From contig JAVZLS010000001.1 of NCBI GenBank assembly GCA_038883715.1, positions 64,001-128,000 on the forward strand: a stretch of 64,000 bases of DNA, in the 5' to 3' direction. The stretch is from Candidatus Bathyarchaeia archaeon (lineage in GTDB: Archaea; Thermoproteota; Bathyarchaeia; Bathyarchaeales; Bathycorpusculaceae). This document shows positions 18,905-28,165 of the stretch, one piece after another (position 1 is the stretch's first letter; each line of letters opens with the position of its first letter). A program made the position numbers and the translations under genes. The notes beneath the pieces are model-generated. The model did no database searches and had not been told where the DNA came from. It was given only the letters and a program-made list of their open reading frames with translations.

Positions 18905-19698
18905 TCCACCAACTCCAAAACGCTTGAAGGAGCATCAGCGAGCACTATTAAGGCTTCAGCTTCCATGAAATGAAGTTTTCCGGGAAAAATGAGGCTGTAG
19001 GGTGGACCGCCAAAATCATAATGCAAAAGCTCATCGACAGAGTTAGCCTTAACAGTCGGGTTTGGGCTTCCAGCCCTAGCCACCCCAACAACAAGCGTCC
19101 CGCCAGTCACAATGCCCATTCTCTGCTTTTCCTCCACTTTTAAAAGGGTTTCAAGGGCTTCCCTAACACTCAAGTGGCGATTCTTTTCCATATCTATGTC
19201 TAATAGGCAGAGCGTGTGAAGCCCAAGCCCTTTGTTTTGGGCAACCACCATGTAAGGGGTTTCTGAAAAGTTTTCGGGAAATGAGATGGTCACACTCTTA
19301 CCGAACTTGTAATTGTGCAAGCCTGACAAGCCTATAGCAGCAGAAATTATAGATGCCCCGTGAATAACACGGGTTTTTATTCCACGCTTTTCAGCCGCAA
19401 TCCTTAGGGCTACATGCGTAGTGGCAATGAAAGGGTCTCCTGGAACCATCAAAACTGCTTTCCCGCGCTCAGCAGCCTTCAATACGACCTCGCCATTCTC
19501 CTCCTCTAGCTCCCTTCGAGAAACAACCATTAAATTCTTACCAGTCAAACCTTCAAAACGTTCTAAAGAAAAGTCAGGCAACAAGCTAGTGTAAAGTTCG
19601 ATAAAGACGCTGTCAGCGCTCTTAACCTCCTTTAAACCTTTGAGGCTCATGCTCTCTTCATCATGCAAACCAACACCAACAAATACAAGCTCGCCCAA
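18901..19698 (-). CDS. dph5: diphthine synthase
   Basis: VGVGL, ELYTS, GDPFIATTH, YKFGKSVT, GLHTLCLLD, GKLHFMEAEAL. Confidence 0.95.
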   Translation of the reverse strand: MGELVFVGVGLHDEESMSLKGLKEVKSADSVFIELYTSLLPDFSLERFEGLTGKNLMVVSRRELEEENGEVVLKAAERGKAVLMVPGDPFIATTHVALRIAAEKRGIKTRVIHGASIISAAIGLSGLHNYKFGKSVTISFPENFSETPYMVVAQNKGLGLHTLCLLDIDMEKNRHLSVREALETLLKVEEKQRMGIVTGGTLVVGVARAGSPNPTVKANSVDELLHYDFGGPPYSLIFPGKLHFMEAEALIVLADAPSSVLELVE

Positions 19699-19787
19699 AG
19701 TTTAAACCCTCGGCAAGCAAACCTTTAAAGCTAAATTTATAAAAGCGTTATCAAATCCATATCACACGATAAATACGGACGTAAAAG

Positions 19788-19892
19788 GGGCCCGTAGCTC
19801 AGTAAGGTAGAGCGGCGGACCAAACCGCTGCGCGGGGTGGGTTGAGGCTCTTAACCCGTAGGTCCCGGGTTCAATTCCCGGCGGGCCCGCCA
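19788..19892 (+). tRNA. tRNA-Lys(CTT) with a 28-nt intron (19819-19846) at position 30/31 and encoded CCA
   Basis: Acceptor GGGCCCG/CGGGCCC, D arm GCTC/GAGC, anticodon arm GCGG^G-CT-CTT-AA-CCCGT, T arm CCGGG-TTCAATT-CCCGG; spliced length 77 nt; TTTATAAA at 19736-19743. Confidence 0.95.
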
Positions 19893-20040
19893 AAATTTCT
19901 AGCCAGAATTAAGATTTTCAGTTCAGATTGTTGCTTGGCAAAATTTTTGGCAGCGCTCCATAAATTGACTATAAAGTGCGGCACTAATGTTGGCTGCTTG
20001 AAGAGCCTTCCTACACCTAAAAATTCAGATTGGTGATGGC

Positions 20041-20418
20041 TTGGACGAGTTTGACAAGACGCTGTTAGAGGTGATTGACGAGACGCTTCGTTACTCGCTT
20101 GGCGAAAAGACAGTTGAAATCTTTTACGACTATTTGAGAAGGAAGGGTTTCTCCTTGACAAATGTGCCGCAAAACCCGGAATTCTTCTTCAACGAGTTGA
20201 GAAATGTGCTGGAGTTTGAGGGGCAACGCTTCCACACAGTTTCGCCCCTCGGGATAGTTTCGCTTTTGGAGAGGACAATAATAGAAATCCTGTGCAAAAA
20301 ATTTGGGGTTAAATTCGAGGAGAAAGGCCCCATAATCTTTTCGGAATGGGTGGATAAGCTAAGGGAAGCGTATCTCTTCAAGCTTTCAAAGTTAAAGGTT
20401 TTAGAGAGGCGGAGGTGA
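20041..20418 (+). CDS. small helical protein co-transcribed with a receiver (resembles DUF3227/NitrOD5-type domains)
   Basis: LLEVIDETLRYSLGE..VEIFYDYL...PEFF..EL pattern; GGTGA upstream; family call from memory. Confidence 0.6.
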   Translation: MDEFDKTLLEVIDETLRYSLGEKTVEIFYDYLRRKGFSLTNVPQNPEFFFNELRNVLEFEGQRFHTVSPLGIVSLLERTIIEILCKKFGVKFEEKGPIIFSEWVDKLREAYLFKLSKLKVLERRR

Positions 20419-20422
20419 AAAT

Positions 20423-20890
20423 GTGAAGGAAAAGGCAAGCATCCTAATAGTGGACGACGACGTGGACATATGCAAAACATTAAGCCTGATCCTTGAAGGC
20501 GAAGGTTACAGCGTGGACGTGGCCAACACTGGGGCAGAGGCAATAGGGAAGTCGAAGGAAAAGGCCTACAACGTCGCTTTGTTGGACATAGTGCTTCCAG
20601 ACATGGCTGGAACAGAGCTCCTCAAAAAGCTCCATGAGACAACACCAAAAATGATAAAGATAATGGTGACAGGCTACCCAAACCTACAAAACGCTGTTGA
20701 AGCCCTAAACTACAACGCGGACGCATACCTAATAAAGCCAGTAAACTACGAAAAGCTGCTAAAAGTGATCGAGGAAAAACTGCAAAAACAGAGGGAAGAA
20801 GAAACCTTAACGGCAGAGAAAATCGCAGCTTTTGTAAAAACAAGAACCCGAAGGCTACTCCAAAAGTTAGAAAGCGAGGAAAGCGAATAA
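20423..20890 (+). CDS. response regulator receiver protein
   Basis: ILIVDDD, LLDIVLPD, MVTG, YLIKP, C-terminal helix. Confidence 0.92.
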   Translation: MKEKASILIVDDDVDICKTLSLILEGEGYSVDVANTGAEAIGKSKEKAYNVALLDIVLPDMAGTELLKKLHETTPKMIKIMVTGYPNLQNAVEALNYNADAYLIKPVNYEKLLKVIEEKLQKQREEETLTAEKIAAFVKTRTRRLLQKLESEESE

Positions 20891-20947
20891 ACCACGGCGC
20901 AAACACCTTACGAATGGAAAACTTTTTAGCTAAAATTGGAAGGATGT

Positions 20948-22258
20948 TTATTTCAGTTTCTTTAATGCCTCTCTCGCTTTTTCAACCGTGTAATGGATGT
21001 CGTTCTCTGTGTGGGCAGCTGAAATGTGGCATCTCTTGTTGGGTTTCGGCAGGATAAAGACTCCACTTTTCATCATTTCCCTTTGAAACTTCATGAAAAG
21101 CTCATTATTAGAGAATGTGTCCCTATAATTGGTGATTTGCTTCTTCGTAAATACTATTTGGAAGATGGACCCAAAGCCCACAACTTGGGCTTCAATTTTT
21201 AATTGGTCAATGATTTCGTTGAGTTCATTTCTAATTTCCTCTCCAAGCTTAAAGAGATGCTTGTGCGCCTCATTCCTCTCCAACTCTTCTATCGTTGCAA
21301 GGGTGGCAGCCATGGATACGGGATTGCTGTTGAAGGTGCCTCCATAGTCAACATTACCCGTAGGCCTAAAATATTCCATGATTTCTTTTCTTCCACAGAC
21401 TGCCGCCACGGGGAATCCATTTGCCATGGCTTTGGCGAATGTTGTTAGGTCTGGCGTGACGTTGAAGATTTTTTGGGCTCCGCCCAAGTGATGACGAAAG
21501 CCGGTAACCACCTCGTCAAAGATTAATACGATTCCATATTCTTCGGTGATTTCTCTCAAAAATTTTAGGAAACCCTCCTTTGGAGGAATGCAGGTGGCGC
21601 TGCCGTGGAGAATCGGCTCAGTTATTAGTGCTGCTATCTCATCGTGGTGCCTCCTTATTGTTTTTTCCACAATTTCTTGGTCATTAAAGGGGACGACAAT
21701 TACCTGCTTTGCCGTTTCTGGGGGGATGCCTGCCGTGTCTGGAACGGGATTTGGGTGTTCTACTGGTCCTGCCTCTTTTAATGTTGGGTTTGTACTGAAA
21801 GATACTGTGTCGTGCCATCCGTGGTAGGCGCCTTCAAATTTTACAATTTTGCTTCTGCCGGTGTAAGCCCTTGCTAAACGTATGGCGTGGTAAGTGGCTT
21901 CCGTTCCCGTATTACAAAATCTGATCATTTGGGCTGAAGGAACATGAGCTGCAATTTTCTTGGCAACTTCAACCTCCAACTCGTTACAGAGACCATAAAT
22001 CACGCCTTTATCCAACTGCCTTTTAACGGCGGCTGAAACCCTTGGATGGGCGTGTCCCAAGATTACGGGTCCAAAAGCCAGATGATAATCTATGTACTGG
22101 TTGCCGTCCGCATCCCAAATCTTTGAGCCCTTCGCCATTGATATGAAAAGGGGGTAAGGTTCAAAATACCGTAGTGCGCTGTGGACGCCTCCTGGTGTAA
22201 GCTTTTTCGCTTCTTCAAAAAGCTCTTTTGACCTTTCTGTCCCTTTCATGCTTATCAT
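20948..22258 (-). CDS. class III PLP aminotransferase, HemL/GSA-like
   Basis: PGGVHS, FCNTGTEA, FEGAYHG, FDEVVTGFR, FAKAMANG, GGTFNSNP; no hem genes nearby. Confidence 0.88.
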   Translation of the reverse strand: MISMKGTERSKELFEEAKKLTPGGVHSALRYFEPYPLFISMAKGSKIWDADGNQYIDYHLAFGPVILGHAHPRVSAAVKRQLDKGVIYGLCNELEVEVAKKIAAHVPSAQMIRFCNTGTEATYHAIRLARAYTGRSKIVKFEGAYHGWHDTVSFSTNPTLKEAGPVEHPNPVPDTAGIPPETAKQVIVVPFNDQEIVEKTIRRHHDEIAALITEPILHGSATCIPPKEGFLKFLREITEEYGIVLIFDEVVTGFRHHLGGAQKIFNVTPDLTTFAKAMANGFPVAAVCGRKEIMEYFRPTGNVDYGGTFNSNPVSMAATLATIEELERNEAHKHLFKLGEEIRNELNEIIDQLKIEAQVVGFGSIFQIVFTKKQITNYRDTFSNNELFMKFQREMMKSGVFILPKPNKRCHISAAHTENDIHYTVEKAREALKKLK

Positions 22259-22259
22259 C

Positions 22260-23096
22260 TCAAGTTTTTTGGGGGAGTCCGAGGAGTTTTCTAGCCTCGC
22301 TGGGGGTGGCTATTTCTATGCCCAGCTCCTTTGCTATTCTAACAACCTTAGCCACTAATTCGGCATTGCTTTTGGCTAGGACGCCCTTGGCGAGGTAGAT
22401 GTTGTCTTCCATTCCAACTCGGACGTCTCCTCCCAAAATCATTCCAAGCGTTAGAAGTTTAAATTGAACTTTGCCACCGACGGCTATGACGTTCCACCTA
22501 CAGTTTTGCGGTAAAGCCTTTACCATATGCATGAGGTTTTCCGGCGTAGCCGGAATCCCGCCTTTAACTCCTAAAACTAGTCCAAACCTAAGGGGTTCTT
22601 TTAATAACCCTTTTTCAAACAATTGAAGTGCCAGGTTTATGTGTCCAACATCATAGCATTCAATTTCTGGTTTTATGTTTCTCTCAAGCATTATTTTGGC
22701 AATTTTCTCCACAACATCTGGAGGGTTTAAGAATACGCTGTTGCCGAAGGTCATTGTGGCCACATTCAGCGATGCAAATTCAGGATTTAGCTCAAGGGCG
22801 CACATCCTTTGCTCCAAAGAAATTCCATAAGGTCCACCGCCTCCTGTGGTAAGTTGAATAATCATGTCACATTTTTCCCTGATTCTCTCAATAACCTCGC
22901 GGTACAAATTAACGTCCGGGTATGGCTCCTTGGTTTTTGGGTTTCTAACGTGTATATGGGCGACTGCTGCTCCAGCTTCATAGGCTTTCACAGCTTCTTC
23001 GGCTATTTGCTCTGGGGTTATTGGCAGATAAGGAGTCTCCTTCCACATTGGACCTGAACCCGTTGGAGCCACAGTTATTATCATTATATTCTTCAC
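22260..23096 (-). CDS. beta-keto acid cleavage enzyme (BKACE/DUF849, Kce-like)
   Basis: ITVAPTG, LPITPEQIA, AHIHVR, PEIECYD, RVGMEDN, ATPSEAR. Confidence 0.92.
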   Translation of the reverse strand: MKNIMIITVAPTGSGPMWKETPYLPITPEQIAEEAVKAYEAGAAVAHIHVRNPKTKEPYPDVNLYREVIERIREKCDMIIQLTTGGGGPYGISLEQRMCALELNPEFASLNVATMTFGNSVFLNPPDVVEKIAKIMLERNIKPEIECYDVGHINLALQLFEKGLLKEPLRFGLVLGVKGGIPATPENLMHMVKALPQNCRWNVIAVGGKVQFKLLTLGMILGGDVRVGMEDNIYLAKGVLAKSNAELVAKVVRIAKELGIEIATPSEARKLLGLPQKT

Positions 23097-23244
23097 AACA
23101 TTACTCTCTATCCATTAAATGCCATAAATTTTGTCTTTTGTTTTATAAATTACACTTTTAGGCGATTCTAAAATTGAACTTTAGTTTTAATTAAATAACA
23201 AAGCTTAAAAAGAAATCGATACGTAACTGAAAAAGGGGAAGGCT

Positions 23245-24837
23245 TTGGCCGAAGTTAAGTTTGCCTTTCCAAGAAAGGCGACCGGGCTTGTCAGAGAGCT
23301 TGGTTGGTGGTCAGCGTTCTCCGTTTCCCTCAGCTACACCATTGGCAGCGGAATAAACTATTGGTCTGTGCAGGCTGCGTATTGGCATCCAGGCTCGATA
23401 ATCCCACTTGCATATATTATTGGCGCTTTACCAGCGATTTTCTTGGCCTACGTAATTACAGAAATGGGAATAATGATGCCGAGGTCCGGTGGAAGCTACA
23501 TATACGTATCAAGGGTTTTAGATCCCCATGTAGGCTTTCTAGGAGACTGGTTATACTTCGTAGCCAACAACTTCGCCACCGGAGTATTAGCAGTTATTGG
23601 CGCTGGATTCTGGGTTAAAATGATCAACCTGCTGGGCTACGCCACCAAAAATCCTGACTGGATTGTCTTCACGCTAGACAATGTGGGGTTAGGCATAATA
23701 GCCGTAGTAATTGTTACGATTTATACGCTGTTGTCATTGCTAGGCATAAGAGTGTTTAGATGGTACGTAGCGGGACTAGTTGCCATAGGCATAGTGGGAA
23801 GCTTTCTCGGGGTTGCCGCCACCTTCTATGGAATTATGAATCCAGCCTACGTAAAAGAAGCTTGGAACCTAACCTATGGTCCAGGCTCGTGGGAACAAGT
23901 GCGACAAGTAGCCATAGACAATGGTTGGGCTGATTATGTTGCAAGCGCCACCCAGAAGGCTGGAGGCACTGGAGGAGCGACCATACTAAACTTTGTGGAT
24001 ACTTTCTGGGCGTACTGGGGAACAACAGCGGCATGCTACTTTGGCGGAGAAATGAAATCTCCAAAGACAGGCTTCATAGTGGGCGTTTTTGCCGCCACAC
24101 TATTCGTAATGTTCTGGTATGTCTTAACCGTCATCGGCGTATATACAGCCTACGGAGACTTTGTCAGCCAATACTGTTACGTCTATGGAGAAGGATACGC
24201 GGATCAGGTGACAGCGATGACTATGTTAGATCCAAGCCTACCACTATTCACAGTGCCACTGGCGCATGGGCAGGTTTGGCTTCAAGCAATATTTGCCTTT
24301 ATCCCAGCCATGTGGATTTCCAACTGCTCCGGGGCAACTCTACTTGTGGGTCCAAGGCAACCTTTCGCATGGGCCTTCGACAGATTCTTTCCAGAAGCCT
24401 TCAACCGCGTGAATGAGCGTTTCCACTCACCACACTGGGCAATCATATTGACTGCAATAATTGCCTACTTGTTCATACCATTAAGCCTCGGCAACGTTTT
24501 CGTGGCAACCGTGGATGCAACATTCATCTTCATCCTCAGCCAACTCCTCATAGCCTTTGCAGGTGTAATATTACCCTATAGACGCCCGGACATCTGGGAA
24601 AGAGGGTTTAAGGCCACCTTTGCAGGCATACCAGTAATAAGCTTATGTGGCGCCTTAGCAATCTTCTTCTGGACTTGGGGATTAGCAGTAGCTGCATCTT
24701 GGCTAACCGCTTGGGGAATGGCCTACTTGGCCTTATGGGTTTTCGTTGGCTCCCTCATATGGTTTGCTTATGCAGAGCGCAACAGAAGGATAGGCATAGC
24801 ACTACAAGACATATATGGTGAAATACCGCCAGCGTAA
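23245..24837 (+). CDS. APC-family amino acid/amine permease
   Basis: RKATGLVRE, MPRSGGSYIYVSR, FAWAFDR, ~12 TMs, C-terminal EIPPA. Confidence 0.9.
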   Translation: MAEVKFAFPRKATGLVRELGWWSAFSVSLSYTIGSGINYWSVQAAYWHPGSIIPLAYIIGALPAIFLAYVITEMGIMMPRSGGSYIYVSRVLDPHVGFLGDWLYFVANNFATGVLAVIGAGFWVKMINLLGYATKNPDWIVFTLDNVGLGIIAVVIVTIYTLLSLLGIRVFRWYVAGLVAIGIVGSFLGVAATFYGIMNPAYVKEAWNLTYGPGSWEQVRQVAIDNGWADYVASATQKAGGTGGATILNFVDTFWAYWGTTAACYFGGEMKSPKTGFIVGVFAATLFVMFWYVLTVIGVYTAYGDFVSQYCYVYGEGYADQVTAMTMLDPSLPLFTVPLAHGQVWLQAIFAFIPAMWISNCSGATLLVGPRQPFAWAFDRFFPEAFNRVNERFHSPHWAIILTAIIAYLFIPLSLGNVFVATVDATFIFILSQLLIAFAGVILPYRRPDIWERGFKATFAGIPVISLCGALAIFFWTWGLAVAASWLTAWGMAYLALWVFVGSLIWFAYAERNRRIGIALQDIYGEIPPA

Positions 24838-24844
24838 ACGTTAG

Positions 24845-25561
24845 TTACCCACCTTTTTCTTTAATTTTAGTGTCAACTATTGCAAGGTAATACCCGTGCA
24901 AAATTCCAGGTTTTTTAATCACCCTTATCCCTTCATAATCAGTCCTCTGCAGCTTAATCTTATAATCTTCTGGTTTCAACCCATACTTCTCAATGGTTGA
25001 CTTTAACTTGTCAATGTAATGTTGAACAGCCTCCTTCAACCTTCTCTTTGTAGCTTCCTCCTCCTTGACACCGCCTTCCTCGGCAATTTTTTTAAGCTCA
25101 TATTTTGTTAAACTCAACATAAGCAAGGTTACATCCGCTAAAATAAAAAGCAAAATTATGCTTGGGAAAGACAAGAAAGTCCAGTACATCCACATAAAAC
25201 TGGAAGGAAGAATTACACCCCTCTGCCATAAAATAGCCAAAACAACAACAATCATGAAATAGATTAATGTGACAAAATTTAGAATTTTGTTTACCCTTAT
25301 CATTTTCCTAAGCTTGCCAGACTGCCCTATCCTCTTCAAAACTTTTTGGGTTTCTTTACTAAAGTATTTCAAATACGCCGAGTCTAAACTGACCGTTTTG
25401 GTTTTCGCCAACAACTCTTTTGGATCGTGAACTGAAGCGCTTCTTAAACCATCAAAGTAGCTAATTACAGAAACCAGCTCACTCGATATTTTCTGAGCCT
25501 TCTTCACATCCTCCTCAGTCCATTTCACTCTATCCGACCCCAAACCTTGCACTAACAACAT
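24845..25561 (-). CDS. hypothetical membrane protein (2 TM)
   Basis: 238-aa ORF with two central hydrophobic helices; follows the nucleotidyltransferase-like gene. Confidence 0.6.
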   Translation of the reverse strand: MLLVQGLGSDRVKWTEEDVKKAQKISSELVSVISYFDGLRSASVHDPKELLAKTKTVSLDSAYLKYFSKETQKVLKRIGQSGKLRKMIRVNKILNFVTLIYFMIVVVLAILWQRGVILPSSFMWMYWTFLSFPSIILLFILADVTLLMLSLTKYELKKIAEEGGVKEEEATKRRLKEAVQHYIDKLKSTIEKYGLKPEDYKIKLQRTDYEGIRVIKKPGILHGYYLAIVDTKIKEKGG

Positions 25562-25605
25562 TAGTACAAATGTCTAGGATAAGATTATTAAGACTTAGTT
25601 GGAGT

Positions 25606-26397
25606 TTATAACCTAACTTCTTTATACCACTTTTTCTTTGTTCCAACCTGCGCTCTCTTCAACCAATCCTTGGTTTTGGGCTCCTCATCAATATATTTCA
25701 AGATTTGGTCGATCTTTGAGGTCACATCGGCAATATCTTCTGCAGTGAGTTGCTGGTACATGGGGCAGGCAGCCCTAACCTTTTTCAAGTTGGTTGTAGC
25801 CGTGTACCAGAATCCCCAATCGTTTGCAAACAACTTAGCCATGTATTTGGCATTAATTGTTTCCGGCGCGTCGGTATCGCCAATTTTGTGGTCTCTCAGG
25901 AGGACTATGACGTCTTTGGCGTCTTTCTCTGTGAATTCAACTATTTCCAGTTTGGTTAGCAGCAAGTCGACTAATGAGGCTGTTGGATAGTCTAGGTGGA
26001 ACCTATTTCGGAAATCTACCTTGTGGCATAGATCTAACGCGTCATAGAAAATGTCAATGTCAACTCTCCCTCTGTAAACCTGACGATTCCTCGTTCCAAC
26101 ACCACTTGTGAAGAAAAAGATGTAGGAGTCAAACTTCCAACCCCTCGACTCAAAGAACTTTCTAATTTTCGCCCTCTCTTTATCCGGAGCAACAAAATCT
26201 ATATCTGGAAACTCTTGCCCCTCAATTCTTTTCAGCCTTTTATGAAGGTCGATTGCCATGGGGGATGAGTGAATCCTAATGGCTGGGCCTCCTATCAACC
26301 TTAGCGTGAGTCCTTCCCTTTTGGCTTCCTCCACAAGGTCTATGGCTATTTTTACAATTTCCTCAGATGGCACTTGTTTCTTTTCCTTCTCCTCCAT
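25606..26397 (-). CDS. nucleotidyltransferase-fold protein (Pol-beta superfamily), function unknown
   Basis: LRLIGGPAI...FPDIDFV (GG...DxD), IDIF, DWGFWYT. Confidence 0.65.
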   Translation of the reverse strand: MEEKEKKQVPSEEIVKIAIDLVEEAKREGLTLRLIGGPAIRIHSSPMAIDLHKRLKRIEGQEFPDIDFVAPDKERAKIRKFFESRGWKFDSYIFFFTSGVGTRNRQVYRGRVDIDIFYDALDLCHKVDFRNRFHLDYPTASLVDLLLTKLEIVEFTEKDAKDVIVLLRDHKIGDTDAPETINAKYMAKLFANDWGFWYTATTNLKKVRAACPMYQQLTAEDIADVTSKIDQILKYIDEEPKTKDWLKRAQVGTKKKWYKEVRL

Positions 26398-26400
26398 TAA

Positions 26401-27360
26401 TCATCCCTCCACCTTCCACCATTTCTCAATACCATCTTTAGTGAGGTCGATGATGAAGCCTCTAAGAACTCCCTCACTATATTCTGAACCGGGGTTTATG
26501 GCTAAGGTTTTTCCTATGTAATCTGAAGCGTAGGATTCGTGAATATGGCCGTGCAAACTTAAGAGGGGCTGATTCTCCTCAATGAATCTTCGTATGGCTT
26601 TGCTGCCTACATTATCATAAATTATTCTTCCTAGGAAGACAACGGGCTTCAGGTTCTTATCCAGTTTTGGAGCCAAATCCAGTTTGGTGCAATATGGTGG
26701 ACAGTGGAAATTTAGGATAACTTTCCTCCAGTCGCCGGAGAACAGATTCTTTATCCTTTCTAGCTTTTTCCATAACTCCTCTTCTGGAGCCTCTCGAGGC
26801 GTGTCCCATGGTGTGGGGTTAACCCATTCAAAACTTAGCATTTCATAGTCTAGGCATATGTTGACAACCTTTTCCAGCGGGTATATAACACGGTCCTTGT
26901 GGGCCTTTATCAATTCGTCAATTTCAAATGAGTCGTCATTTCCAGGCATCATAACAACGGTGACGTCTTTGGGCAGTTTTTCATCAATCATGTCAAGCCA
27001 TCTTTGAAGTCTCTCTTTCATGTAACCGCGGAATAATTCGTCAACCCTTTTTGGATTCTTCATAAGCTCGTCATACTCATCTTGGCTGCAAACATGAGTG
27101 TAAAATCCGCTGAAAGTAATCTTATCAATTAGCTTTTTTAGTTCGTCTTGGCCGCTGGCGTTTATCCATCGCCCATAAACCATGGTCTTGTATCGGCCGG
27201 GGTTTTCCTCAATTATTGGTATTATGAGTTTTCCAGTTAAATCTCCACACAACAATAGAACATTTGCCTTATACACTTTGGGGATTGAGAGCCACTTTCG
27301 CCAAACCATTTCGCTTCCGTGTATGTCTACGGCATGAAAGAGTCTAACTTTTTCAGCCAT
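26401..27360 (-). CDS. Icc-like metallophosphoesterase
   Basis: DIHG, GDLTGK, PGNDD, HCPP, HGHIHE, NPGS. Confidence 0.88.
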   Translation of the reverse strand: MAEKVRLFHAVDIHGSEMVWRKWLSIPKVYKANVLLLCGDLTGKLIIPIIEENPGRYKTMVYGRWINASGQDELKKLIDKITFSGFYTHVCSQDEYDELMKNPKRVDELFRGYMKERLQRWLDMIDEKLPKDVTVVMMPGNDDSFEIDELIKAHKDRVIYPLEKVVNICLDYEMLSFEWVNPTPWDTPREAPEEELWKKLERIKNLFSGDWRKVILNFHCPPYCTKLDLAPKLDKNLKPVVFLGRIIYDNVGSKAIRRFIEENQPLLSLHGHIHESYASDYIGKTLAINPGSEYSEGVLRGFIIDLTKDGIEKWWKVEG

Positions 27361-27481
27361 TGCAAGACCTAGGAAATGCTTTACCCTTATCTTATATTTA
27401 CCTTACTCTTTTTAAAGCAACATCAAGGGTTCACTCTGAAAATTTTATATGCAAATACATGCAATTTGATTTGATACCCTG

Positions 27482-28141
27482 GTGGAATCTATGAAAGAAG
27501 AAATCCTAAATAAACTGATGAACGCGGTCCTAAGCTATGACCCGGAAGCGGCTGTTAAAGCTGCGGAAGAAGTCCTCCAAAAAGGCGTAGACCCCGTTGA
27601 GGCTATTGAAGAAGGTTTAGCTAAAGGGGTAAGAATTGTCGGAGAGCGGTTCGGCGCTGGAGAAGCCTTTTTAACAGAGCTTGTAATAGCCGCGGAAGCC
27701 ATGAAACAGGCCCTAAAAGTTCTCGAACCTGCAATTCTAAAAAGCGCTAGGGAAAAGAAAACTTTGGGCAAGGTTCTCATAGGCACGGTAGAAGGAGACA
27801 TCCACGACATTGGAAAGAACATTGTAAGCACGCTTCTCATGGTGGCCGGCTTTGAAGTTATAGACATAGGAGTTGACGTCCCAACCGAAAAGTTTGTGGA
27901 GAAAGTTAAGGAGGTTAAACCAGACATAGTTGGAATGTCCGCCCTAATGACCACTACAATGGCTAAGATGGCGGAGGTTATAGAAGCCCTTAAATGTGAA
28001 GGTCTACGCGAAAAAGTTAAAGTGATAATAGGCGGGGCTCCCACATCCAAGAAATGGGCCGAAGAAATAGGCGCCGACGGCCATGGCGGAGATGCCATAG
28101 AGGCTGTTGAAATAGCAAAGAAGCTGGTAAAAGCCGCATAG
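27482..28141 (+). CDS. methyltransferase cognate corrinoid protein (MttC/MtbC-like)
   Basis: Cap domain plus GDIHDIGKNIV, SALMTTT, IIGGAP. Confidence 0.95.
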   Translation: MESMKEEILNKLMNAVLSYDPEAAVKAAEEVLQKGVDPVEAIEEGLAKGVRIVGERFGAGEAFLTELVIAAEAMKQALKVLEPAILKSAREKKTLGKVLIGTVEGDIHDIGKNIVSTLLMVAGFEVIDIGVDVPTEKFVEKVKEVKPDIVGMSALMTTTMAKMAEVIEALKCEGLREKVKVIIGGAPTSKKWAEEIGADGHGGDAIEAVEIAKKLVKAA

Positions 28142-28165
28142 CCCCAGAGGCTGCTCAGCCACGTT

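Noticed and set aside
19842-20161. ORFs overlapping the tRNA 3' half
   Set aside because: They overlap the tRNA and the next gene and have no protein-like features.
27535-28098. 187-aa minus-strand ORF and similar antisense ORFs (e.g. 48512..48949, 56855..57325, 61762..62304)
   Set aside because: They are shadows on the opposite strand of well-supported genes and have no recognisable motifs.
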